Positions 1-12,341 of a stretch of 64,000 bases of DNA are shown here, one piece after another. The stretch is from Gekko japonicus (lineage: Eukaryota), in assembly GCF_001447785.1 (NCBI RefSeq), contig NW_015173687.1:437362-501361 (forward strand), in the 5' to 3' direction. The translations under genes were made by a program, and so were the position numbers. The notes below the pieces were generated by a model. The model did no database searches. It was not told the DNA's origin and saw nothing but the letters and a program-made list of their open reading frames with translations. Within the stretch, counting starts at the first letter, position 1; each line of letters starts with the position of its first letter.

Positions 1-167
1 GCTACTGATTAGATGTAGTAGCATCCCTTGAAACCAACCTTCCTTCAACTGTTCTTCTGTCGCTATGTGTCTCAAACAGACTTTCCCACACATTGCAAGA
101 CAACAAACCTAGGTTCGCATTTAAGCATGCATTTGACAGGGGNNNNNNNNNNNNNNNNNNNNNNNNN

Positions 168-824
168 ACCAGAATATGTCAAACAAATGCTGGAAATGTA
201 AGATTCATGAGGGCTCATTTTACCATATGTGGTGGACTTGTGAGAAAGCTGTAGATTTTTGGACAAAAGTCCACAAAGAAATGCAAAAAATATTGAAATG
301 CTCTTTCAAAAAGGCACCAGAAATTCTGCTTTTGGGACTGAAAATGGAAGAAGTCAACACGACTAAAAAGACTTTACTCTGGTACTTAATAACAACAGCG
401 AGAATGATTTATGCACAATATTGGAAAACAGAGAAAGTGCCAGAGATCGAAGACTGGATACAAAAAGTTCTGTTCATGGCTGAAATGGATAAAATTACGA
501 AAAAGTTGAATAACAAAGAAGATGACGTGTTTTTTCAAGAATGGAGTGACTTTAAAACATATCTGGAAAAGAACTGGGATGTGAAACAAAATTTAATATG
601 TTTAGAGCAATATTAAGTTAAATGATGTTATCTTGAGATTGTAATGATAAGAAAATGATATAATTGATGATGTAATCTAAGGTGGAGCGGGGGGGAAGCA
701 TTGCGGGAAGCCAGAGGAGGGAGGGAAGGAAATGGGAATGGGGTAAACAATGGAAAAGATGAAATTGTTAAATTTTAAATGTTGAATTCCTATGAAAAAT
801 AAACATTTGTTTACCCCAAAAAAA
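168..824 (+). mobile_element. 3' end of an L1/Tx1-clade LINE (ORF2 C-terminus, 3'UTR, polyA)
   Basis: ORF 176-616 has the CWKC...HMWWTC zinc-knuckle and the following W-rich L1 C-terminal pattern; AATAAA 798-803 and A-tract 818-824; 5' end falls in an N gap. Confidence 0.85.
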
Positions 825-1614
825 GAACTGTGACACCACACAGCAGTCAATGTACTGCTGTATTTCTCATAAATTCTGGAAATGAACTTCCCCATGAGAA
901 ACATCATACTATATGTTTGTTTGGATATAAGTCTCATTCAGCATAGGTTCTATTCTCTCTGTCTGCAACAGACCCTTCAAAGTTTGTTTTACTTATCTGT
1001 TTAATTAGTTACTGCGTGTGGGTGGGTCTTTACATACTACAGCTAAATAAATTGTTCATTAACTTTTCTGTTTTACATTGTTATAATTATAATTTTATAG
1101 TGGTATAATTACAATAATAGAAAAAGGAAGAGAATAAGCAATCATTCTAGTTAAAAAAAACAGTCAAAGCTGTGAACTTGCTAGGAAATCCCACTGAGGT
1201 CAACAGAACTTACTTCTGAGTATATCTGCTTAGAATTGCACTGTAAGGTTCCTACTGTACATAGTGTTGGAAGTGAAGGACTTTGTGCTGAGCCTCAGCC
1301 TTCAGAAGGGGACTATGAGAGAGAGAGAGATAGGCTAGGACACTGGGCATCCTTTTCTTCTTTCCTCCAATGCTATCCCTTTGATGTGTAGATTGCTACT
1401 CATAGGAAAACTTCCTTCCCATCTCATGCATTCTCTCTACACTTTGTCAGACTTTTCTATCTGCATCTATCTTAGCTAGTAAGACTAGATTAGAATCCTA
1501 TCTCATTCTATCCTGTCTAGAATGAAGTTCCTTAAATAAAAGGACTCATATAAGTTTACAAAGATAAAAAGGCTCCATGTGTACCTTTGTTTCTGGACAG
1601 CACACACTAATCAG

Positions 1615-2960
1615 ATACACTCTGCTGCATTATGTGCCTTGAGCACTCTGCTAAATACTGATAACCCAACACTCTGCCATGGTGCTGGGGAGGATGGTTC
1701 TGACGGTTGACTATCCTCTGGAACCTCCAATGCACCCTGGCCATGCTCTATTTCCCCTTCTGTAATGTATCCAGCCCTGACATGTCCGGACATGCCCGGA
1801 CTGGCCAGGCACAAAACCTCACTAGCTTCACGCTAAAAGACAATGGGCCAGTAGGATCCTAGCCAGGCCTAATGAAGGGGCTAGGTCCCCAGCCAGAAGG
1901 CCAATAGGTCTCTCGGTTACTGTAAACAGCCTATCGGGTGTGGGGTGTGTGTTTAGGTGTGTTTGGTGGCGGGTTTTCGGAACGAATATAAGCCGGCCTG
2001 CGAGCCGGCCAAGTGTCTTTGTTCCTGACTAAATAAAGGTATGCTTAGCTGAAATCACTCTCCATCTGCATACTTTTCACCTTCTGAGAACGAGTAACCC
2101 AGAAAGGCATTTGAAGAAGGTGTTTGTGGTGGGGAGACTTTCCTCCATTCTGTTGGAACTGAAGACAGTTTGACTGGAACCAAAGAGTTAATCACTTCTG
2201 GGAGCATCTTGGAACTGGAATGATGCTTCTCCTTATGTTTGGATTTGGAATGGGCTTTCTCAGGCAGGGGTTCCAATGAGCAGCGCTCAGCTGAACAGGT
2301 AGGCAATCTGACTCGACGCTTTGGTTCTGTCCCCGGAACTGATGGAACCAAGATGCTCGATGGCGGGTTCACACGTTGGTCAGTTCTAACTGGTAATTTC
2401 AAAGGTGATTATGCTCTGAGTTCTAACTGGTAATTTCAAAGGTGATTGACTATGCTCAGCCGGGGGAGATGTTTTCACTGCCAGGCTATTAAAGCAAGAG
2501 AGCTTTCTCTCATAAGCCTGCATTTAAGCATGCTGCTTGATCTGAGTGGGCTTTCAGGTTAAACGGGAAGCAAATCTTGCACGTGGCTGTATGATGGGCC
2601 TCACCTGAGCAGAAAAGGCAGAGAAAGTGTTCCTCCGAATGGGTCATTTTTGTACTGCACTGGGGACATTTTTTAAAACAAAGCCTTTGGCGATGTTTCC
2701 CAAGAGGGGAGAGTCCCCAGAAAGTAAAGAAAACTTCAAGAAAACTCACAACAACCAGAACTGAAGAGAACATGTCCTCACAACGCAGCGGTGAAGAAAG
2801 GACTGAGGGAACGTGTGGGGGCTTCTCCCTGCAGAGCACATGACAGTTAGGTGGGAAGATGGCCTCTAATGAGCTCTGCAGGGGAGGGGCTCCACTTGGA
2901 GTGCTAAAGAAATACCAGAGTAGCAGGTTAACAGGGAAAACACTGGAATGCACTGCTCAT
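1615..2960 (-). mobile_element. Degenerate DIRS-like retroelement gag region (interrupted by a solo LTR)
   Basis: FKKCPQCSTKM...HFLCLFCSGEAH...CKIC Cys/His motif (ORF 2510-2953) followed by Ser/Pro/Lys-rich sequence, as recalled for vertebrate DIRS gag; stops and frameshifts; boundaries approximate. Confidence 0.55.
1761..2079 (+). mobile_element. Solo LTR
   Basis: TG...CA termini, perfect 5-bp TSD CCTTC (1756-1760 / 2080-2084), AATAAA 2032-2037. Confidence 0.85.
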
Positions 2961-3364
2961 AAAAACAGCATGAATTAATTATATCAATTCCAAACTGAAA
3001 TATATATGCATGTGGAAAAGGACAACATTGCAATTTTCTTCCTCAGGTACCAACATGTTATAAATGTCCTGGGCTGGCCCTGCAATTTAGGCTTAAGTTA
3101 CTGGGAACTGTATGGTGCAACTTTGCACTGAGTTGCCAAAAGATTTGGAGAAAAATGTCATTTCTCTTTAATGGAAGTTTAGCATGTAAAAATGGGCGGC
3201 TGAAGCTTTTCCTGGCATGGAGACACATAATATCACTTCCAAAATAACATCCTATTAGGCTTCCATTAACTGGACAGGCCATTTTTTTCTCTCCAGGCAA
3301 TTGGGAACTGTAACCATGTAGCTCAGCATTTGTCAAATAATATAAATCCAAAGCCCTAACCTTA

Positions 3365-3920
3365 CTTACCTTTAAAGCCATATACAGCCGGAGCCAGCAT
3401 ATCTTCAGGACTGCCTTTTCCCTTATGAGCCCTGTAGAGCACTGAGGTCTACCAACCAACATCTTTTGGTAGTCCCCAATCCCAGGGACATTCGGCTTGC
3501 CTCAACTAGGGCCAGGGCCTTTTCGACCCTGGCCCCCACCTGGTAGAATGAGCTCCCATATGAGATCAGGACCCTGCGGGATCTATTACAATTCTGTAGG
3601 GCCTGCAAGACGGAGCTCTTCCACCAGGCTTTTGACTGAGGCAGCGGACGTCCCCCCCCCCCATCTCTCCGGTGACCTGGCCCTGAATAGTAATACGAGA
3701 CTACCTACCCCTAAGACATCTAGCTAAACTATACACGGCACTTTATGAAAATGTTGTTATATGGCTTTCATCTGTTTTAATTGTTTCTAACTGTATTGTG
3801 TACTGTACTTAGATGGTTTTATGCCATTTTATGATGCCAAATGGCCTTGTTAACCACCCTGAGCCTGCTTCGGCGGGGAGGGCGGGGTACAAATTAAATA
3901 AATAAATAAAAATAAATAAA
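3365..3920 (+). mobile_element. L2 LINE 3' fragment
   Basis: Highly similar to 9240-9520; encodes an L2-type ARAFS..AP..WNELP tail; ends in (TAAA)n. Confidence 0.8.
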
Positions 3921-3975
3921 AATAACTTCTAAGAGTACGTATGTGTGAGGAAAAGACAGATCTGAATGTACTGAC

Positions 3976-4141
3976 CTCAGTACAGATATAGGGGGGACAA
4001 AAGCCTCAATCATTGTTGGACTTGAAGAATAATTACTATCTTTGATGCTGATGATGGAGCTGGAAGTTTTGGCATGCTTGATCCGTCCACTATAAGAATA
4101 ATTGAGTGGGAGGTTGAAGATTTTAAGTGTTGGCAGTTCAT
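3976..4141 (-). CDS. C9orf43: C9orf43 orthologue, coding exon 2
   Basis: tttcag acceptor; phase-1 join gives ETE-D-ELPTLKIFNL, matching recalled human AEDKLPVLTVVDI; probable donor GTCAGT at 3975 (less certain). Confidence 0.7.
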
Positions 4142-5183
4142 CTGAAACAGAGAAACAGCTGTAAAGCACAAATAACGGTACAAGATATGCAGACAGGGAA
4201 AGCTTTTCATTTCACGTGTTATTGTTTGTCTCTGTTGTAAGTAAATAGCATCTTTTATCAATATACTTCTCCACTTTGCTTTCAATCCCTTTGGACTCCA
4301 AACAAACTAATTAGAACATGCAACTAAGAAGAGGCTTAAAAACAATGCTGCTCTTATGTTCCTCAAGAAAGTCAGATTTTAAAATATGGACTGTATGTTT
4401 ATAACACTCCACAGCGGTGTCTCAGTCTGTTACAGCAAAACCACAATGGCGTCTTGCAGCATGTTAAAGATGAATATATTGATTGTGGCAGCTTTTGTGG
4501 ACAAGAGCCCATTTCTTCACATGAATCAGCTGCAACTGGCTCTTAGCCTTGAAAGCATATGCCACAAAACATCCGAGAGCTTTCAGGGTACCACAAAACT
4601 CTAAAATATGACTACCAAAATGAAACACAGTTAGGTTCAGGGCGTAGTTAAACTGTTCTGTCTGAGGTTTGGGTCCGAGAAAAGGAACCTGGACCCTGCC
4701 AGTCTCTATCCATGACCTACAAGCTCTACCCAGAATCTGCTAGTCTACCTTGACTCCACTTCACCTGCCAAGTTCCCTCAAGACCTGCTCCGATGCGCCA
4801 GGCAAGGGGATTAACAATTTTGAAATCAGAAATGCTGATGTGCCAGACAGCCGTCCCCCTCCAATATGCCCACTATAACTACTACTGAGCAGGCTCATAA
4901 CTGATTAAGGGGAGGAGCTCAGTGGCAGGTCAATGGTTTTGCACACAGAACATCCAAGGCATTGGGTCTCAGGTTGTGTTAAGAAAGGTTATCTTTCTAG
5001 GCCTGAGACCATGGGGGACCACTGCCAGTTAAACTGCAGAGCTAGATAGACAAATGGTCTAATTTGATAGAAGGCATGTTATGGAGTTCAAGCTTGACCA
5101 ATGTGGCCTAGCATCTATTTGCTACCAGAAGATGCATGCATCAAGCAGGGAGCTGATTCCTTTTCACCTGAATGCCTGCTTAC

Positions 5184-5346
5184 CTTCTGTTTCTGGAAAA
5201 GATCTGTCATGCGAGTTAAAGTTTTTAATAAGGATCCGTGGATTCCCCTTTTCAATCCTCCGCATCGCCTCCCAGCATGGCGGGTGTTGGCAAGCAATCA
5301 TATTGCAAATGGTTTCATCCCACTGGCTGATGTCTGTGGTTACCAT
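5184..5346 (-). CDS. C9orf43: C9orf43 orthologue, first coding exon
   Basis: [39 protein letters not shown] matches recalled human N-terminus [33 protein letters not shown]; GTAAG donor at 5183; acceptor gives exon start 5389; head-to-head with POLE3 as in mammals. Confidence 0.88.
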
Positions 5347-7459
5347 TTTTGCAGCTCTTTCTTGGGTTAAGGAGCAGTTTGAAAACACTCTGTACAAGGA
5401 AGAATGTGAACCAGGAATAAGCACGTTTTGCAAAAGGAATGGATTACTGGCCGGTAACTACCCCAGCACCAGTAAAAACTGTGTCAGCCATCTGATGTCT
5501 TCTGGTCATAATTCACAGTACTGATGCTGGTATCTAAAGGCCTTAACACTTTGATTCCTAAACAGGGCACAGACATCAGTTCTGCTCTGCCATCAAGACA
5601 ATTCAGAACAGTGGAGAGGGCCCTCTTAGAAGACTGTCATCTGCATGCCATATTTTAAACTAGGAACAGAGTTTTCTCAGCAGCAACACCTCATGTCTAG
5701 AACTCCCCCCCCCATCCCTGCTTCATCTGGTGTTTAATCTTTCCAGAGGCAAGCATCAGATAAAGACTTTTTTCTTACTCAAGTGTTAGGTTGATTTTTT
5801 TTTACCTGCAATATAGTGCCATCCTAAGCAGTTATACGCCCTCCTATGTACTTGGGAAGTATGTAACTCTGCTTAGGGCTGCACTGCTAGTTATTTCCCT
5901 TCCCTTCTCATTTGATTAATATAATGGTGTTTTGTTTCATGCTGGTTTCATTGCAGAACAAGTTTTATTGTTGTCCTTATAGCTGTGTGAGCCTCCTTGA
6001 AATTTTTAGTTCTATATCTTTATTTAGAGCTGCAGCGGCCTCTTGGTAATGGTAGAAAGTGCTGCCAAGCAGCAGTCAACTTATGGCGATTCTGTAGGGT
6101 TTTCAAGGCAAGAGATGTTCAGAGGTGGTTTGCCACTGCTGGCCTCTCCAGGAATTTAATTTTTCTTTTTTCTTTTCTAATGCTGGTTTTATTCTGTCAT
6201 TACATTGTTTTTGTTATAAACTGCCTCAGGTGCCATTGGCTGTGAGCTGCAGTTTACATGTCTTTTAAATAAATAAATGTGCAAAAAGTACTTTTCAAGA
6301 TACATTCTCAGTGGCTGTCTTACAGCCAAGCACCTCCATTTCTCTATAGCTCTAGAATCAGAACCTGTATATTTATGCCTTTAGGCTAGCATTTGACAGC
6401 CACGAGTAAACAGCTGTAGATCAACTTAAAATTTAATTGGATATGGATTAATTGGATGAAAGTACATAAATAGCACTGTTCGTAGAACAAAAGTAGCAAC
6501 TTGTCTCACTTGGGAAAGCAGATGTACTAAGCCATCAAATACAATAACTGCCACAATTATAAGCAGTGGAAGAACTACAAAATAATAAAAAACCTAGCAA
6601 ACTCTCTCTCTCTCCTTTTCTCCCTACATACAGAGAAAGAAATACAAAAGTTGACATATATAAATATATAAAAAGAGATCACTGGACTCTCTGAGAAGTG
6701 ACTACGGTGGAGTGAGTGGAAAGACTAAAGTTTATGGAAGCACCAGATTCTGTTATTTTTAACAGATCTGAGCTCTCAAGAAGGAATAAGATAGAAAGAA
6801 CCCTTTAAACACATTAAAATGCTAACCATACTGGATAAGCCTTGAACTGAGACTCGGTGGGAGTAAGACGTCATTCTAATTGTTCTCAGGTCTAGTTCCC
6901 GCAGACTGATAAAGAGGAAAACTGATGTTTGAGTTGCACCACCTCAGAATGCAAGTAATCACATAATGTATTGCTTCACCACCACAACAAAATATCCCTG
7001 CACGTAAAAAACAATCATGTTGGGGAGTATGCTAAGCTAAAACCTGACTTGCATCTTCTATGTATTTATTTTCTGTACAGAGTAGCATTCTAATCATATG
7101 AGCCAATACACAGTATTACTGCCTTATTTGTGTTAGTGAGATCTTGTAAACAGAACTTTCTAAAATGAGTGGAAGGTAAGACAGAGCCACTGATTATTTA
7201 TGGCATTTTTGTTTTGCTTCATATTGGGGCAGTGAATGAAAAAGTCCATAAAGCAGTAAAAACACATCAAGTTTCGGGCACACACCAACATCCCCATTTA
7301 GAAAAACTTTAAAACCATATACCAATATACAAAATCAAACAACAGATCAAGAACATGGGTCAAATCATCAGAACAAACCAAGAACAATGATGTGGACTCA
7401 TCTTATTTGTCAAAGTCNNNNNNNNNNNNNNNNNNNNNNNNNNNNNNNNNNNNNNNNGT

Positions 7460-7980
7460 GTGAATCCAATCTCTTGAACTATGGTGTTCTAGGGGCAGCT
7501 ACTAAAAAAATCCTATTTTCAAGGGAGTTCAATGATGTCACCACACAAAACGATACTGAAAGCCACACCTACTGATCTCAAGTGTGAGGGAAGCTCAAAT
7601 GAGAGAATGTGGCCAATGAAATACAGTAGCTGTTTGTATGTTGCAGGCCATAGCCAGCACTTTGAATTAGGCTAATTGTTTGCCAGTACCAGCACAAAGG
7701 GTAACATGAGGATCTCTGCTTATTACCCCCAAACTAATTCAGCTGCCGCATTCTGCATCAAAAGCTGTTTTCAAACCATCTGCATGGCCAGCCTCACATA
7801 ATTTTCCACAGCTTAGAGGTCACAAAGAATGAATGACAACAGTCTGATCTCTGTATTCCAGTAGAGGATAAAGCCAGCTACCAGCCAAAAGTGGGGAAAG
7901 GGCACAGTCCATAAGAGTGCAAGAGTAAAGCTGAGTCCAGTAGATTTTCTAAGGAAAGGGTGACTCCATCCAAAACAAGT
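7460..7980 (-). mobile_element. Old degenerate L2 fragment
   Basis: Minus strand retains traces of VTSxL and QNAAA L2 ORF2 motifs. Confidence 0.45.
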
Positions 7981-8415
7981 CACAGAATCTGGATTGAGTT
8001 GAATTGTTGCACCTAAGGGTGCTTTGATTTCTAAATAAAAGGCACCACTACTCAGGGTCTCACCTGCATATTACATGGCCCCTGTGTGTGTTGTGTGCAG
8101 AAAAATGCTTTCCTCTTCTCTGCAAAGACTCATTTACTTTGTCTATTGGATTTTTATCCTACTACTCTTCTGAAGAACTCGGACCAGAGCATACTCAGTT
8201 CCAAATTCATGCTGATCCTCTCAGTCCAGGAGAGAATGACCAGCCTAACATCGGAATAGGAATCCAAACCCAGGTTTCCCAGCACTATACTCACTAGCCT
8301 CAGACAAATATTTTGAACCAACTATCAGATTTTTAACCAGCCCATCCCCCAAGTGGCATAGATGGTTCTTTCCTTCTCCATGTTACTCTCACAACACTAT
8401 GAGATAGGCTAGGAG

Positions 8416-8619
8416 CAGTGTTCCCTCTAAGGTGAGTTAGTGTGAGCCAGTTCACAGTTTTTTAGCCCCCGGCCCACACATTTTTGTCTTAGCTCAGGGA
8501 GGATGGCTCCAGAGCACTGATTTATGCAGTAGCCAAATCACTCGCTCACAACTTTAATGCCAGTAGCTCACAAAGCAGAATTTTTGCTCACAAGACTCCA
8601 CAGCTTAGATGGAGCATTG
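8416..8619 (+). mobile_element. hAT-type MITE (CAGTGTTCCCTCTAAG family)
   Basis: Imperfect TIRs, 8-bp TSD GCTAGGAG/GCTAGGAC; homologous to 24901-25266 and 59601-59780. Confidence 0.85.
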
Positions 8620-8849
8620 GCTAGGACTGGGAGAATCAAGAATGACTGGCCCAAAGAGCAAAATTCATCACAGAGCAGGCATTCACAATATGATCTATTG
8701 TGAAACTGCTTGTGNNNNNNNNNNNNNNNNNNNNNNNNNNNNNNNNNNNNNNNNNNNNNNNNNNNNNTCGGAGACCCTGTCTCCAGTTTGGGAGATTTCT
8801 GGAGATTTGGAGATGAAGCTTGGGGAGGGAAAGACCGTAGCAGGGTATT

Positions 8850-9741
8850 AGGCTACCAGCCTTTGATGGGGCTCCATTGGTACTGGCGCTGAGGGTGACG
8901 AGCCTACGGGTGTTCCTGGATGCCTCATTGATTATGGAGGCCCAGGCCCAGGTCACTGCCACTGCCAGATCTGCCTTTTTCCATCTGAGGCAGGTCAGCC
9001 AGTTGGCCCCATATCTCTACCCCCAAGATCTGGCTGTGGTGACCTATGCAACAGTCACTTCCAGATTAGATTGCTGTAATTCTCTCTCTGTGGGGCTTCC
9101 CTTGACTCTGCTCTGGAGACTGCAGCTTGTGCAGAACGCAGTGGCACAGGTACTGATGTCACTGCCTGTGCAGGCACATATCCACCCAGTGCTGCATGAC
9201 CATCACTGGCTGCCTATTCCAGATCCGTGTATTGGTGCTTATCTTTAAAGCCCTATATGGCCAGGGGCCTGTATATCTTTGAGACCGCCTCTCCCTATAT
9301 GAACCCCGTAGATCATTGCGTTCAGCCAATCAACATCTCCTGGTAGTCCCTGGCCTAAAGGATGTCTGACTTGCCTCAGCTAGGGCCAGGGCTTTTTTGG
9401 CCCTGGCCCCTGCTGGGTGGAATGAGCTACCTTATGAGATCAGGGCCCTGCAGGGCTCATTACAGTTCCGCAGAGCCTGCAAGACAGAGCTCTTCCACCA
9501 GGCCTTTAGTTGAGGCAGCGGGCATCCATCCTGTTTGGGCCTCCCCCCCCTCCAAGTGACCGCAGATCCTGGAAGACCAAATTGGGACCACACTATCTGC
9601 CGTTGTTCAAATATTGATGATTTTATGGAATTAGACTGATAGTTTTATAGATTTTAATTGATTACTGTAAGATATTTTAGATTGTAAATCTACCTAAATC
9701 ACAGATCTATATACATATTTATATGTTGGTACCCGCCCTGA
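8850..9741 (+). mobile_element. 5'-truncated L2 LINE
   Basis: ORF 8877-9248 ARSAFFHLRQV...VTSRLDCCNSL.VGLP...LQLVQNAVAQVL...HIHPVLHDHHWLP is the typical L2 ORF2 C-terminus. Confidence 0.9.
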
Positions 9742-9743
9742 AG

Positions 9744-10282
9744 GAGCTGTGGTGGCTCAAGTGGTTAAGACGCTGAACTGCAGGCTGTGGAAGGTAGGTA
9801 GTTCAGCAGTTCAAGACCCGAGTGTGCCGCATCCCATCTCTAGTTCCAGCTCCTGCCAACCTAGCGGTTCGAAAGCAAGAAATTGCAAGTAGATAAATAG
9901 GTACCACTTCGGTGGGAAGGTAACAGCTTGTTCCGTGCGCCTTGGTGTTTAGTCATGCCACCCACATGACCACGGAAACGTCTTCGGACAGCGCTGGCTC
10001 TTCGGCTTTGAAACGGAAGAAGAGGAGGAGGAGGAGGAGGAGGAGGAGGAGATTGGATTTATACCCCGCCCTTCACTCTTTTTCAAGAACAGCTCTTATC
10101 AGAACTACGGCTTGCCCAAGGTCATCCAGCCAGGTGCAAGTGGAGGAGTGGGGAATCAAACCCGGTTCTCCCAGATTAGAGTCTGCGCATTTAACCACTA
10201 CACCAAACAAAGATGAGCATCGCAACCCTAGAGTCGGATTCAACTGGCTTTCGAGCAAGGGAACCTTTACTTTTATCTTTTT
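9744..10282 (+). mobile_element. Sauria SINE with nested reverse SINE
   Basis: tRNA-like head, near-identical to 59036-59380 and 60604-60943, ACCTTT tail, TSD ACC(C/T)GCCCTGA (9731-9741 / 10283-10293). Confidence 0.85.
10018..10207 (-). mobile_element. Squam3-like tRNA SINE nested in a Sauria SINE
   Basis: Reverse complement of 61949-62222 with an internal deletion; (CCT)n/(CTT)n tail. Confidence 0.75.
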
Positions 10283-10679
10283 ACCTGCCCTGAGCCTACA
10301 AATGGGGGGAGGACAGGATATAAGTAGAACAAAATAAATAAATAAATAGTACCATACAATTCACTCTCCAAAGCAGCCATTTTCTCCAGGGGAACTGATA
10401 TCTGTTGTCTGGAAATCGGCTGTAATTCCAGGAGATCTCCAGGCCCCACCTGGAGATTAGCAGCCTTAAAACACTCTGAACCAAGGCCAAACTGCCTTGC
10501 TTAATGAGAAGTCGGAAAAGAGTACCCTATACTCAGGAAGCCTCCCCACCACCATCTCGTATATTCCCTCGATACTTAAGAGAAAAACATTAGCAGCCCT
10601 CACATAGAATACTCTCAAGCAGGGCCTTCTTCCCGCCTTTTTTGCCTCTGCTATCCCCCCACCCCCGTCCCACCGACGT

Positions 10680-11163
10680 CTAAAGACTGGCACACTCAGA
10701 CCCCCGCCTTGGCCTAAGTCCTAAGAGGTTTTCCTTATGTTGCCAGGCAACGCTGAACGCTCTCAACTAGCTTCCGCCACATCACTCCCTACAAATAGAA
10801 AAACAGAAAGGCTAAAGTGACGCAGAAGCCCCAGCATCCGGCAAACAGGAAAAACTATTACCGCTCTATCCTCTGCTTGCTCTATGATAAGAAACCCTGA
10901 CAACCTAGAACAAGTGACTATCTGTTTTATACCGGAAGTACTCCTCAGAAAGAGAGGCGTGTAGCAGTCAGTTTGGACCTTCTCTCTCTCTCTCTCTATG
11001 ACAATGGGCTAGAGTTAAGTCGTGCCGGTGAAAGCAAAGCTGTATGCTCGTAAAAGCCTGTTGCGCAGCACGCTGGGACGGAGGAAGGGGGCGGGGCTTA
11101 GCGGAGTGCGGTTAGGAGCAACGAGTCGCTTTCCTTCGCGCGCCTTTCGAGCGGCGGCGGACG
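10680..11163. promoter_or_regulatory. Bidirectional C9orf43/POLE3 promoter with POLE3 non-coding exon 1
   Basis: CpG-rich; RFX X-box GTTGCCAGGCAAC 10739-10751, ETS CCGGAAGT 10932-10939, GC box ~11087-11097; donor CG|GTGAGC at 11164. Confidence 0.75.
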
Positions 11164-12341
11164 GTGAGCTAGGGGATTTGGGTTTCTCTGGGTATGGGAA
11201 AGGAGGGATTCCGCTTCTCCCTCTAGCGAGAGGGGGGTTGTCTAATTGGTTTGCATTCTGTGCATGCTTAGAGATTGGCTTTTCCTTAATAGAAGCAGCA
11301 TTTCCTACTACGCGGAGTGGGTTCACATACCTTCCTCCTACAGCTCAAGAGAGTGTTAATTGGCCCTCCTGTGAGTGGGTCTGCATTCTTGGGGAACCTC
11401 CCATCTCTCCCTGGAACCCATTTTTATCCTGCTCTTTCTCGAAGAACTTAGCGATTGCTTTTCTTCCATTTTGTCCTCACAACAATCCTGTGAAGTAGGT
11501 TAGGATGAGTGGGCCAAGGAATCTTGGTGACCTTTGTGATGTGGTGTTGATTTGAGCTTCTCATGAGTATGCCCCCCCCAGTATGTAATAGCTAGTGGTG
11601 TCTAAGCATATTCATATTAACCTGTCTTATACAGTCACATTATTGGTTCATCTATGTCTCTGCTGGCTGCATAGGTTCCTAGGCAGGGATTTTCTATGGC
11701 CTGAGATCCTTTGGAGATGAAAGAGAGTGAGCTGGACCTAACTCTCCCTATTTGCTAGGGATTGCTCTCTCTAAGCCTGTTGGTAAGGTTCAAAATCACA
11801 TACCTCAAGGGCAGGGAGAGACTCCCCAGTGCAGAGCCTAATAGCCAATTTGTATTTCATATATTAGTGCAAGGGTTGCCTATTACATTTTATCGTGCCC
11901 TTCCTCCGTGGAGTCCAGGGTTATGCTCATGGCTTTCCCTTTCCCCTGGAGCCAGTAGGGTAGTGGTTAAGAGTGGTGGACTCTAATCCCCACTCCTCCA
12001 CATGAAACCAGCTGGGTGACCTTGGGCCAGTCACAGTTCCTTCAGAGTTCTCTCAGCCCCTAAAAATAAGTCTAGCTCGCCACCAGCACAATGCTGAGAG
12101 CTAAAACTTGTGGCTGCCAGACAATCCTAGAATCTCGGCTATTCTACACACAATGTCATACGATAATTCCCTTGGAGTCAATGTCTCCAGTTTATGAGCT
12201 GAGATTTCTGGTTGTGTGGGGGTTTGAGCCCAGGTGTCACGATCTGGTGCTCTAAACACTACATTTCACTTGCTTCTGTAAATGGGCTAGAAGCATAGTC
12301 CTTTATCTTTTATCTTTCCCCAGCCCCCTCTGATTCCTGTC

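Noticed and set aside
39-108. Further C9orf43 exon on the - strand (GLLSCNVWESLFETHSDRRTVEGR)
   Set aside because: Plausible AG/GT but no recognisable similarity, and the phase does not match my exon 2 donor
1265-1613. Third solo LTR (TGTTGG...ATCA with AATAAA)
   Set aside because: No matching TSD found; left unclassified
11015-11498. ORFs over the POLE3 promoter
   Set aside because: Expected in GC-rich promoter DNA; no recognisable homology
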